Below are positions 9,181-17,839 of a stretch of DNA of 30,706 nt, piece after piece (the stretch's first letter is position 1; each line of letters starts with the position of its first letter). Under the pieces are notes generated by a model, which saw nothing but the letters and a program-made list of their open reading frames with translations, did not search any database and was not told the origin of the DNA. The translations under genes and the position numbers were made by a program. The DNA is from Thermoproteota archaeon (GTDB lineage: Archaea; Korarchaeota; Korarchaeia; Korarchaeales; Korarchaeaceae), in NCBI GenBank assembly GCA_037917625.1, contig JAVCBY010000027.1:1-30706 (forward strand), given 5' to 3'.

Positions 9181-9560
9181 TGAAGAGGAGGTTCGGCATA
9201 TCCATTCCAGAGGATCTCTTAGATAAGCTAGATTCCCTATCAAGGGAGATGATGGTGGATAGGTCCTCCCTGATAAGGGAGATGATAGAGGAGAGCATAG
9301 AGGATAGGTCCCATCTCCTAACTCCCCACGAATGCACTGGGATACTTTTGATCATCTCGAGAGGATCTGAGGAAGCTGAGAGGATCTTGGAGAGGTATTA
9401 TAAGTGCATAATCTCGAGGAGTCATCACCATTCAGGGGATTGCTGCATAGATATAAGCTTCGTTAAGGCGAACTCTAAGGAGATCCTGAGGTTGAAGAGG
9501 GAGCTAAGGAGGATTAAGGGGGTCTTAGAGAGATATATACCGATCTCATGCATTAAGTGA
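9180..9560 (+). CDS. NikR-family ribbon-helix-helix metal-responsive regulator
   Basis: N-terminal RHH (RRFGISIPEDLL...RSSLIRE) and ACT-like C-terminal domain with HHHSGDCC. Confidence 0.85.
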   Translation: MKRRFGISIPEDLLDKLDSLSREMMVDRSSLIREMIEESIEDRSHLLTPHECTGILLIISRGSEEAERILERYYKCIISRSHHHSGDCCIDISFVKANSKEILRLKRELRRIKGVLERYIPISCIK

Positions 9561-10028
9561 GTGAAAATGAAGAAACCTAGGAACTTCTCATTCATAGATG
9601 ATTTCGTCGCTGGCTCCGCTCTCATAAGCTCGAAGGAGGAAGTGGAGTGGCTGTCAGCTAATGGATTTAGGACTGTGATCTCATTAGTAGAGCCCAGCCG
9701 CGAAGTTAGGGAGAGTATGGAGGAACTGGGGATAGAGAACATGCTCTTCCCAGTAGAGGACTTCGAGGCTCCTCCTCTCGAGGTCCTAGTTAAGATCATC
9801 GAGATCCTGAGGGAGAGAGAGGGGAGAGGAGAGAAGGTCTTGGTCCATTGTTTCGCTGGCTGCGGGAGGACTGGAACTGTGCTAGCTTGCTACCTCATAT
9901 CTAAGGGGATGAGGCCTGACGATGCTCTCTCCTATCTTAACTCTAAGAGGCCCTGCTCCTTGGAGAGTCAAGCTCAGTACAATGCCCTCTGGTACTACTA
10001 TTCCTATATGAGCCGTCAGATCACTTGA
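9561..10028 (+). CDS. Dual-specificity protein phosphatase
   Basis: P-loop VHCFAGCGRTG, general acid in PVEDF, Q-loop ESQAQ. Confidence 0.92.
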   Translation: MKMKKPRNFSFIDDFVAGSALISSKEEVEWLSANGFRTVISLVEPSREVRESMEELGIENMLFPVEDFEAPPLEVLVKIIEILREREGRGEKVLVHCFAGCGRTGTVLACYLISKGMRPDDALSYLNSKRPCSLESQAQYNALWYYYSYMSRQIT

Positions 10029-10568
10029 GCCAATGCGATGATAGAGAGTATCCCGATTAAGTGCAGTGAGAGGATCAAAGCTAGGAGCTTGACTCTAGGT
10101 AAATCCTTAATGGGGGATAGGAGAACTACTCCCAATTCCGTTGGAAGAGGTAAAGCTATCAAGATGCATGAGAGGATCACTTTAAATCCCTTTTTCCTCA
10201 TTGAGGCAGGTATCCTGCTTAAGAGAGATTTCATTCTCCTATCCTCAGCTAGAGGATAGATTCATCGCTCAGAACTTCCCTCACGAGTATCTATAGGAGG
10301 GAATCCCCTAGAAGCAGACCTAATCCAGCAGCTATACCTACGACGGGACCATTCGCCTCAGTGAGATCGATTAGCATTAACGTTGCCGGACCTGTGATGA
10401 AAGTGTACACGTATAGGATGCCCGCCAAGAAAGCTCCGATATAGCCGAGCTCCTCTACCCGCAGGTGATGCTATCTCATAAAACTAAAGCTAAGATATAC
10501 CCGATTATCGAGAGTATTATCCTCGGATATCTCAACCTAGGCAGTCAATTTGAGAGCTCTACCTTCAT
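10016..10568 (-). pseudogene. Decayed membrane protein gene (in-frame stops plus frameshifts)
   Basis: Manual translation: MKVELSN*LPRLRYPRIILSIIGYILALVL* / VEELGYIGAFLAGILYVYTFITGPATLML...AAGLGLLLGDSLL*ILVREVLSDE / ...MKSLLSRIP...LIALPLPTELGVVLL...QVI. Only the 3' 72 aa appear in the ORF track. Confidence 0.7.
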
Positions 10569-10797
10569 CAGCACCTGATTGCCTTGCTCCATCATTTAAA
10601 AAGTTAACTCTCCGCACACGATAAATTGTTTTAATCCGCAATCTCGTAAAATAAATAAAAATATAATTGCCGTCAACTCTTAAATTTTTATTAGAAGAGT
10701 CATAAGAGGTTACTATATTGTCGCTATGAGCGATCCCTACGCTTCAGGCTGTACGAAATATTTAAATATGAGTGAGATCCGATGTGCGGGTGTTCGC

Positions 10798-12208
10798 ATG
10801 GGAGGGCTCCTCGTTCTCAGGTTGGATGAGGCCTTCCTAGGAGGTGTCAGTTTTTCGGACCTCCGAGGTGTCTTCCTTTGGCACTGATTGCTCTTACTAC
10901 TGGAAACCCTGCTTGAAAAAGCTCTCAGACCTCCTGCTAGGATTGAGAGAGGAGAATTTCTACGAGATCGCTAGGCCCAGGGAGGAATTGGAGTGGATCG
11001 AGCGTTACAGGGGGTGGACGATAGCTGCAGTGGGGTGGGGCTTAGCTCCCACAGCATCTAAACTGACTAGGGCTGACTTAACCTTGGCTTCCTCCCCTAG
11101 TTTCAGCAATGGCTACTTATCTGAGCTTAATAATCCATATGATGACTTCGGATCCGCAGTTACTGCTGCTATGAGGCTTGATTTGAAGTTGAAGGATGAG
11201 CTCGCGATAGTATCGGATGTCACGACGGGGATGAGGGGAGTCTGCCAGTATTACCCAGGGGACAGAATTCAAACGAATCCATCTAGTGAGGAGCTGATAT
11301 TAGTAGCTGATAACCTCCCAAAGGACTTGGATAAGGAGCTAGAGTTATATGGGGAAGTCAGCAGGGATTGGAGCAGGCTTGAGGACGCTACTGTCCTCAT
11401 AATCAGGACGGATAGGAAACTAGATGCTGATGATTTCTCTAAGGCATCTATGCTGAAGCTCATCATAACTGCGACACATGGTCTCGACCATATAGATATT
11501 GAAGAAGCTAAGAGGAGAGCCATAATAATTGAGAGAGCCCCTGTTAGGGCTAGAGCTGTAGCAGAGCTCGCTCTAGGCATCATACTGGCCTTAGTTAGGG
11601 GGATAGCTTACTCGGATAGGAAGATGAGAGAACTCGAGTGGGTTAAGGGGGAAGTGAGGGGATTTGAGCTAGCTGGAAGGAGAGCTGGAGTCATATCTAT
11701 GGGGATAGTTGGCAGAGAAGTTGCTGAAGTCCTGAGGGGAATAGGAATGCATGTAGATTACTACGATAAGTATAAGATGGGTGGAAGGAGCTTAGAGAGG
11801 GTGCTGAGGGAGAGCGATATCATAGTGTTGACATCACCTCTGACTGAGGAGACTAGAGGTTTGATAGGGAGGAAGGAGATAGCTATGATGAAGGATGGAG
11901 CTATATTGGTCAACGTCGGTAGGGGGGAGCTACTGGACTTAGATGCTGCTTTAGAGGCGCTCGAAGTCGGTAAACTAGGAGGCCTCGGGTTGGACGTATA
12001 CAGTAAGGAGCCTCCTTTCGGGAATGATACTTTTGAGAGGCTGAGGAGAATGAATAACGTAATCCTCACACCGCATTTGGGAGGGAGCAGCGAGGAAGCG
12101 GAGAGGAGGATAGTATCCGATGTATTGAGGATAATGAGCAAGTGGTTCGGGAGGAGATCTGAGATCAGTGAAGATATTAGGATCTTAGGATCCCTTAATT
12201 CTATCTGA
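10798..12208 (+). CDS. D-2-hydroxyacid dehydrogenase (SerA-like) with N-terminal extra domain; 5' end probably frameshifted (intact ORF 10844-12208)
   Basis: GLDHID, AVAEL, PLTEETRGLI, NVGRG, DVYSKEP and TPHLGG catalytic motifs. ATG 10798 has a GGGTG SD and TATA TTTAAATA at 10761. Confidence 0.8.
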
Positions 12209-13738
12209 GAAAGCTTCTATAAAACTCCTTATATCGAACTCAAACTTCCGTTTTTCCTCATTCCAGAGATCCACAGGCACTTGCCAACTGGATGGTCCTG
12301 TCGCTATAGCTGGTTCCATTAACTCTAGCCTCTCCCTGAAGATTATCTTAGTCGCTCTCATCAGGGGCCCTATCATCTCCCCACTGACTAGAGCCACTCC
12401 CGTCACTCCACTGAGATCTCCCTCAGTGAAGGATAGTATGACCGAGCATACCCTTGAGAAAGCGCCTTTTATCCTGAGGAAGTCCTTGAATGGCGCATTT
12501 ATCCTAAATACGATCCCTTCTCCCATTCCCAAGCCCGTAGGGAAATAGCCCTTCACTACTATCCCAGCCTTCCTGTACTTGGAGAACCTCTCAGCAGGAT
12601 TCGGCAGGCCCATGCCCCTCAGCTGATCTCTAGTTACCCTGCCTCTCTCCTCTATCTCCTTAAGCGCGAGAAGATCTCTCTTATCTAAGGATATCTGCGG
12701 CTTCCTCGGACTATCTAGTTCCTTCAGCTCCTCAGGGGTTTCCTCAGCAAAATGGTAACCATCTATCATCCTCCCTAAGACGAGCTCCGGGCTTATGAGA
12801 GGATCTTGCATCATATTGAAGCTCAAAGCTATCCTTTTACCGAATCTAATGCCGGATCCCCTCAAGTTCTCAAATACAGGCTCGATTTGATGAGGTATAA
12901 GCAAGTTGACGTAATATATGTTGCTGGAAGTTATAAAAGCTGAGTAGGTGAATGGGAACTCATCTAGAAACCTTATCTCCTCATCTCTCGGATTCCTAAG
13001 CTCCATCAAGTATGTTGATAAGCCCAGTCTAGAGAGATAGAGTACATAAGGCCCCACTATTATGCCCTTGTTTACTAAATCCCTCACAGCCCTCGATACG
13101 GTGGCTAAAGATAAGCCGCTCTTAATAGAGAGCCTCTCAATCTTCGCCTCCCCCTCATGAATTAAAACATATAATAGTGAGTTGAGGACCCTCTTCTCCT
13201 TCTTACTCATGTGGATGAATGGATACCCTCTGGCCGCCATGAAGAGCTCCAGGAATTTCCTCAGGGTGATCTCACTCCCTTCCCTCCAGAGGCTTATGAG
13301 AGATCTTGCGATACTCCTTATGACATCGAGCGCATTCTTAGGGTTTATCGAGAGGAAGTCCTCCGGGGACCTGTAGAGGGGCAGGGTCCTAAGCCTAGCT
13401 CTTGAGGGGCACTTAGACCAGAGAGCCAGGTGGCCTGAGTAGAACCACGCTAGATCATATATCTGAGGGAAGTCGACCTCGGGTAAGAAGTTGATGAAAG
13501 CCTCTCTTTTTATTACAGCATCTACCTCGTCAACCGATAAATTCTTATCGACAATAATAAGATCTCCTTCATTAATAACGCCTAGCCTAGGGCATGAGGA
13601 CCCTTCAACTCTTCCTAGAACAACTTTCTTGTTAATATTCCTGATAGGGCTTTCTCCTAATAGAAATCGAATGTTCTGAATCTCCCTAAGGAACCTCTCC
13701 GTTATATCTTCATTTTTTTCAATCTCATTTAGATGCAC
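12185..13738 (-). CDS. Large regulator-like protein: uncharacterised N-terminal domain plus two Lrp/AsnC-like HTH-effector modules
   Basis: wHTH SKKEKRVL...SGLSLATVSRAVRDLVNKGII followed by an L..LGL linker. Second repeat LDKRDLLALKEIEERGRVT. Minus-strand TATA (TTTATATA, 13760-13767) about 22 nt upstream. Confidence 0.7.
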   Translation of the reverse strand: MHLNEIEKNEDITERFLREIQNIRFLLGESPIRNINKKVVLGRVEGSSCPRLGVINEGDLIIVDKNLSVDEVDAVIKREAFINFLPEVDFPQIYDLAWFYSGHLALWSKCPSRARLRTLPLYRSPEDFLSINPKNALDVIRSIARSLISLWREGSEITLRKFLELFMAARGYPFIHMSKKEKRVLNSLLYVLIHEGEAKIERLSIKSGLSLATVSRAVRDLVNKGIIVGPYVLYLSRLGLSTYLMELRNPRDEEIRFLDEFPFTYSAFITSSNIYYVNLLIPHQIEPVFENLRGSGIRFGKRIALSFNMMQDPLISPELVLGRMIDGYHFAEETPEELKELDSPRKPQISLDKRDLLALKEIEERGRVTRDQLRGMGLPNPAERFSKYRKAGIVVKGYFPTGLGMGEGIVFRINAPFKDFLRIKGAFSRVCSVILSFTEGDLSGVTGVALVSGEMIGPLMRATKIIFRERLELMEPAIATGPSSWQVPVDLWNEEKRKFEFDIRSFIEAFSDRIKGS

Positions 13739-13912
13739 AACAATTCATATGTTAAAGAATATATAAATGTTTTCTTGGTGAAATGAGAGGTTACTGAACC
13801 TCCAAATGAATTTAGGGAATTCCTAGGTTATCAACAAAACAAAATAAGCTATAAGATCGAAGATCCTCATAACAACATGAGGTATCTCAAGAGAATATAT
13901 GAGGTGATTTAA

Positions 13913-13954
13913 ATGAGTGGGCCAATAATCCCGCCCGGTCCGCCTATTGGATAA
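13913..13954 (+). CDS. Small ORF encoding 13-aa Pro/Gly/Ile peptide MSGPIIPPGPPIG
   Basis: SD GAGGTGA at 13901-13907, 5 nt before the ATG. GC-rich island in an AT-rich spacer. T6 tract at 13967-13972. Confidence 0.65.
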   Translation: MSGPIIPPGPPIG

Positions 13955-13962
13955 GCCAAAGT

Positions 13963-13972
13963 CCTCTTTTTT
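13963..13972 (+). terminator. Pyrimidine/oligo-T terminator CCTCTTTTTT after small ORF
   Basis: T6 tract 12 nt downstream of TAA 13954. Confidence 0.5.
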
Positions 13973-14070
13973 AATAATTACGCAAAGACAATCATTTTTG
14001 CTTGTTCCATAATTTTTTGAAAAAAATGTTGGAAGGGATAGATTGATATGCCCCCATTCCCCAGAGGCTC

Positions 14071-15090
14071 GTGCAGAAGCGTTTGCTCGTGATGAGATGT
14101 GAAAATGAGAGAGACCTTGTGAGACCTAAATACCTACAAATACTCAATTCCATCATTGAGAGGAGGCTAGGCGAAGAATGGGTCATCCTATATCATATAG
14201 AAGAGAGCTTCAGGGCTTATAGCTTCGGATTTTGTGTGAAGCTCATTGATGAAGCTGAAGAAAGCTTAGCTGAGGTCTCGCTTGAGGGGGATGAGCTCCA
14301 GCTCATCCTCCCCTGGGATAAGGTGAGGATGAAGAATTTGGAGGAAGCTACTATCCCAATGGATATAGCTATTATCAGCTTTTTCTCCTTCAGAAACCCA
14401 CAATTCATTCTAGAGGAGGGCCTCCTATCAAAAGTGCTTTTCTACATGAACCCGCACATATGGTCGGACCCATCCCTGACTGGGGCTAGCATATCCTCAA
14501 TTTACAGAAATATCTCAGAGAAGTTGGAGCTGAAGAGAAGATACTACTCATTTGTGAGGGCCGCCCACTTCATGAGTAGCATAGATAACGTTGAGGAATT
14601 CATGAAGGCCTTCAGAGCTCTAGCATCCATAGGGATAGCGCCTCCCATCGGGAAGATGGAGCTCTTCCACCTCCCGGATCTCTCGCCGATAGAGATGAAT
14701 GTTCTAAGAGTTCTATGCGCTAAGGAAGCTATAGATAGGATTCCCAGCCTTTTGGAGAGACATGTCTCCTCTTTACTCTCCGATCTAATCGGAATAACTT
14801 CCTCAGATCCTAGGAGGCTCAGGTTAGCTAGATCCATCTCCAACAGGAGCTCGAGAGAGGGGCTAACTTTGACTGAACTATCTCTCTCACTCGGGATAGA
14901 TAAAGCTTACTTATGGAGGTACGTGATACCGAAGATGGTGAACTTCTGCCTCATAAGGGCTGAGAGGGATCTATCGAGGGGGAGGGAGGTGAAGGTATAT
15001 AGGCCTAATACCTTCATGCCCCTCATAAGCGATCTAATGATGACTTACAGCATAAAGCTCTCATATCTCCTCGGGATGAGGAGTACTTAG
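14071..15090 (+). CDS. Hypothetical protein with C-terminal winged helix (true start possibly ATG 14048 via a C-run indel)
   Basis: C-terminal REGLTLTELSLSLGIDKAYLWRYVIPKM...GREVKVYRP is wHTH-like. Confidence 0.7.
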   Translation: MQKRLLVMRCENERDLVRPKYLQILNSIIERRLGEEWVILYHIEESFRAYSFGFCVKLIDEAEESLAEVSLEGDELQLILPWDKVRMKNLEEATIPMDIAIISFFSFRNPQFILEEGLLSKVLFYMNPHIWSDPSLTGASISSIYRNISEKLELKRRYYSFVRAAHFMSSIDNVEEFMKAFRALASIGIAPPIGKMELFHLPDLSPIEMNVLRVLCAKEAIDRIPSLLERHVSSLLSDLIGITSSDPRRLRLARSISNRSSREGLTLTELSLSLGIDKAYLWRYVIPKMVNFCLIRAERDLSRGREVKVYRPNTFMPLISDLMMTYSIKLSYLLGMRST

Positions 15091-16376
15091 ATCTTCTCTA
15101 TGGTCATCAGAACTTCTATTTCATCGTAACTGACATCCCCATCCCCATTCAAATCCTTCCAGTGGATTAAGTAGAGCTGCTTCTCTAACTGAGTGTTCTT
15201 CATGAAAAGGGAAGCAGCTAGCGTGCCGAACCTAGTGAAACCCTCCCCTACGATGATAAATCTCCCCTCCCATTTCAACCAGTATACGACAGCATAATCT
15301 TCCTTACCGAAGCTCACTCTCAAATCATACTCCTTGGATCCGATGAAAAGTTTTGCTTCTTTATCGAGGATCATGGAAATTCCAGCTATCGAATTGAACT
15401 CAGGGACGAGGGGATTAGCTTTTGGACCTCCTAACAATACTACATTATCCTTCGGCAGACTTTTAGATCTTTTAGCATTCTGATTTATTATTTTCCCAGC
15501 TCTCTCATCATGCGTCCCGTAAATCACATCATAACTCTCTATACCCCTAGGCTTATTCGGGAGGACCGTTATCCTCACTTCCCTCGTCTCAGATAGAGAG
15601 GAAGCTCTAACTACCCATACCCCCTCTAGATCCGGTGTGAAATCCATGTAGAATTGACCGTTCCCTATCACCCTCGGCTTCACATCGATCTCCTCCCCAC
15701 CTGGCTTTATTATCGTCACGTTAACCCCCACTGTTGCTGGTTGGACCTCGCCTTGGAGGGTCACTGTATCGCCAACGAACGCTATCCTAGGGGCTGAGAA
15801 GCTGAATCGGAGCACTTTAGCTTCAGCTCCCCTCTCCTTAACCTTCATGATAGTATAGGATACCATTTCATCTATCTTAGGATGATCCTGTGGCTCTATC
15901 TTCTCAACTACGTTCCCCTGTTTATCTACTATCACTACTGATGCGGTATATTTGATGCCGAAGACATTTATGGAGTGCCAGGCCTCGGGGAGGAGGATCC
16001 ATCCTGAGGGAGGTGAGAAGGAATCGAAAGCTTTCTTATCCTCCGAGACACCCTTAGCTGAGAAAGGATGTAGTGGATCCAGCATGACGACAGCTAAAAC
16101 GTATTTCCCGCTCATTAACTCACTATCCGACTTCCAAGCCCTAGATAGGGCTGGTAGGAATTCCTTGCAGTGAGGACAGCTCGTTTGAGCTATCACTATC
16201 ACTACTACCTTCCCCTTGAAATCTGAGAGCCTGAAGGTCCCTCCTCCATAGATATCAACCTCAAAATCTACCGCTGAGAGCACTAGAGGTTGTGGTATGA
16301 TGAGTAAGGCTACCATCACTGATGTCGCTAGGATGAGAGCTGCGTACCTCGGCATCGATAACTGGACCTCATGCAC
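15087..16376 (-). CDS. Exported thioredoxin-fold (TlpA/ResA-like) protein fused to Ig-like and S-layer-C-terminal-like domains
   Basis: Signal peptide, FRLSDFKGKVVV...TSCPHC, beta-rich middle region, NVVLLGGPKANP...GFTRFGT, DLNGDG. Confidence 0.75.
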   Translation of the reverse strand: MHEVQLSMPRYAALILATSVMVALLIIPQPLVLSAVDFEVDIYGGGTFRLSDFKGKVVVIVIAQTSCPHCKEFLPALSRAWKSDSELMSGKYVLAVVMLDPLHPFSAKGVSEDKKAFDSFSPPSGWILLPEAWHSINVFGIKYTASVVIVDKQGNVVEKIEPQDHPKIDEMVSYTIMKVKERGAEAKVLRFSFSAPRIAFVGDTVTLQGEVQPATVGVNVTIIKPGGEEIDVKPRVIGNGQFYMDFTPDLEGVWVVRASSLSETREVRITVLPNKPRGIESYDVIYGTHDERAGKIINQNAKRSKSLPKDNVVLLGGPKANPLVPEFNSIAGISMILDKEAKLFIGSKEYDLRVSFGKEDYAVVYWLKWEGRFIIVGEGFTRFGTLAASLFMKNTQLEKQLYLIHWKDLNGDGDVSYDEIEVLMTIEKI

Positions 16377-16414
16377 TATTTATCCTTAACTGAGGCTCTA
16401 AATTTAGAGCATGC

Positions 16415-16957
16415 CTATTTTCCCTTAGCCATCATGAACTCCCCCACTCCGAAGAACCCCCTCCCCCAATTGTGCAGGGGGATGTTGATCCTCTTGAAAT
16501 CCCACCCCTTCTTCTCACTGAAGAACTTCTCATCAGCTTTAGCTGAGAGGACCTCCCCCAATATCAACTTCACATCACCCAGCTCCAGTTCTTTCATGAG
16601 CTTGCACTCCAGAACTCCCAGAGAATCCTTCACTATAGGAGCGTTGACTTTCTCCCCTCTCTCAGCTTTGAACACTCTCGATTTATCCTCATCCCTCCCG
16701 CTCCTGCTACCGACATAGTAAAGTTCTTCTATGAGGGATATGGGAATTATGTTGACTGTGAACTCCTCATACATCTCTATAAGCTCTAATGTGAGAGATT
16801 CCTTTCCTAAAGCTAAAATGAGGGATGGCGGCTCCTCCCCAACTGGAGATACCCAGCTAGCTGCCATGAAGTTTACTCTCTCCCCCCATCTTCCGCTACC
16901 TATGACGTAAGCGGGCCTGGGATGGAGTAGAAGGTAGAAGTCCTCCACCTCCTTCAT
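16415..16957 (-). CDS. Flavin reductase-like (DIM6/NTAB) FMN-binding protein
   Basis: LHPRPAYVI, NFMAASW, GSRSGRDEDK and LECKL motifs. Start MKEVED preferred. Confidence 0.88.
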   Translation of the reverse strand: MKEVEDFYLLLHPRPAYVIGSGRWGERVNFMAASWVSPVGEEPPSLILALGKESLTLELIEMYEEFTVNIIPISLIEELYYVGSRSGRDEDKSRVFKAERGEKVNAPIVKDSLGVLECKLMKELELGDVKLILGEVLSAKADEKFFSEKKGWDFKRINIPLHNWGRGFFGVGEFMMAKGK

Positions 16958-17036
16958 AGGGGCCAAAATGAGGATCAATTAGATAAATTTTAGTGGTTCA
17001 TGGGAAACCCCTTTAAAGCCCCTCCCGATGGAGGAG

Positions 17037-17822
17037 CTAAGTGGATCTAGCGGACCTCTCAACTATCAACCTATATTCCCTCTCGACCAGGCTCTGGGAT
17101 ATATCCAAGTAGATCTCCGTAGTCCTGAGGTTGCTGTGGCCGAGTATGTGCTGGAGCACCCTCGGGCTGCCACCACTAGAGAGGAACCATACTGCGAAAG
17201 CATGCCTCACTGCATGCGGATGCGTCTTGAGGAGTTGAGAGACCCACCTCCTGACGGTCCTATCGCTCACTGGGAAGACCCTATTTCCCCTCCTCTCCAG
17301 CTCCCTGAGGAGCCTCTCCGTCCTCTCAGTGAAATATACGTACCTACTCTTATCCCCCTTTCCCCTAACTAATGCCCTCCTATTCCCGAGATCCAGATCC
17401 TCCCATCTCAAGGATACGAGTTCCCCAACTCTCATTCCCGTCTCAGCTAGCATCATTATAGCAGCCCTCACGATGGGTTTAGCTCCCCCTATCAGTCTCT
17501 CTATCTCCTTATAAGTCCTTATCAGATCCTCATCCACCCTAGGGGGAGGGGCTGGAGATCTTATCTCTTTAGCTAGAGATCTAGCCTCCTCGCTCAGATC
17601 TTCCCTTCCAGCTATCCTGAAAAGTCTGGAGAGCATATAAAGTTGTTGCTTCAATGTCTTCCTCTTCACAGAGGATTCCCTCCTCGATGCCCATATCCTG
17701 ACGTGTATGGGCTTCGCCTCAGCTAGAGGAGTCATACTGAGGAAGGATGAGAATACGGTTCTGTACTTCCTCTTGCTAGAGTTCGAGAGGCCAGCTAAAG
17801 CGGCCTCTATGATCTCCTCCAT
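17037..17822 (-). CDS. xerA: Tyrosine recombinase, XerA-like
   Basis: TGMRVGEL (R), GKGDKSR (K), HPHAVRHAFA (HxxR), LGHSNLRTTEIY (H, Y). All catalytic residues are present. Confidence 0.85.
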   Translation of the reverse strand: MEEIIEAALAGLSNSSKRKYRTVFSSFLSMTPLAEAKPIHVRIWASRRESSVKRKTLKQQLYMLSRLFRIAGREDLSEEARSLAKEIRSPAPPPRVDEDLIRTYKEIERLIGGAKPIVRAAIMMLAETGMRVGELVSLRWEDLDLGNRRALVRGKGDKSRYVYFTERTERLLRELERRGNRVFPVSDRTVRRWVSQLLKTHPHAVRHAFAVWFLSSGGSPRVLQHILGHSNLRTTEIYLDISQSLVEREYRLIVERSARST

Positions 17823-17839
17823 CCTCCCCCTCCCGGGGC

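Noticed and set aside
10676-10700. ACTCTT-N13-AAGAGT inverted repeat in AT-rich spacer
   Set aside because: 6-bp arms in AT-rich DNA are expected by chance, and no cognate regulator is evident.
17037-17822. Integrated virus/plasmid around the tyrosine recombinase
   Set aside because: No tRNA/att duplication, no replication or capsid genes, host-like codon usage in all neighbours.
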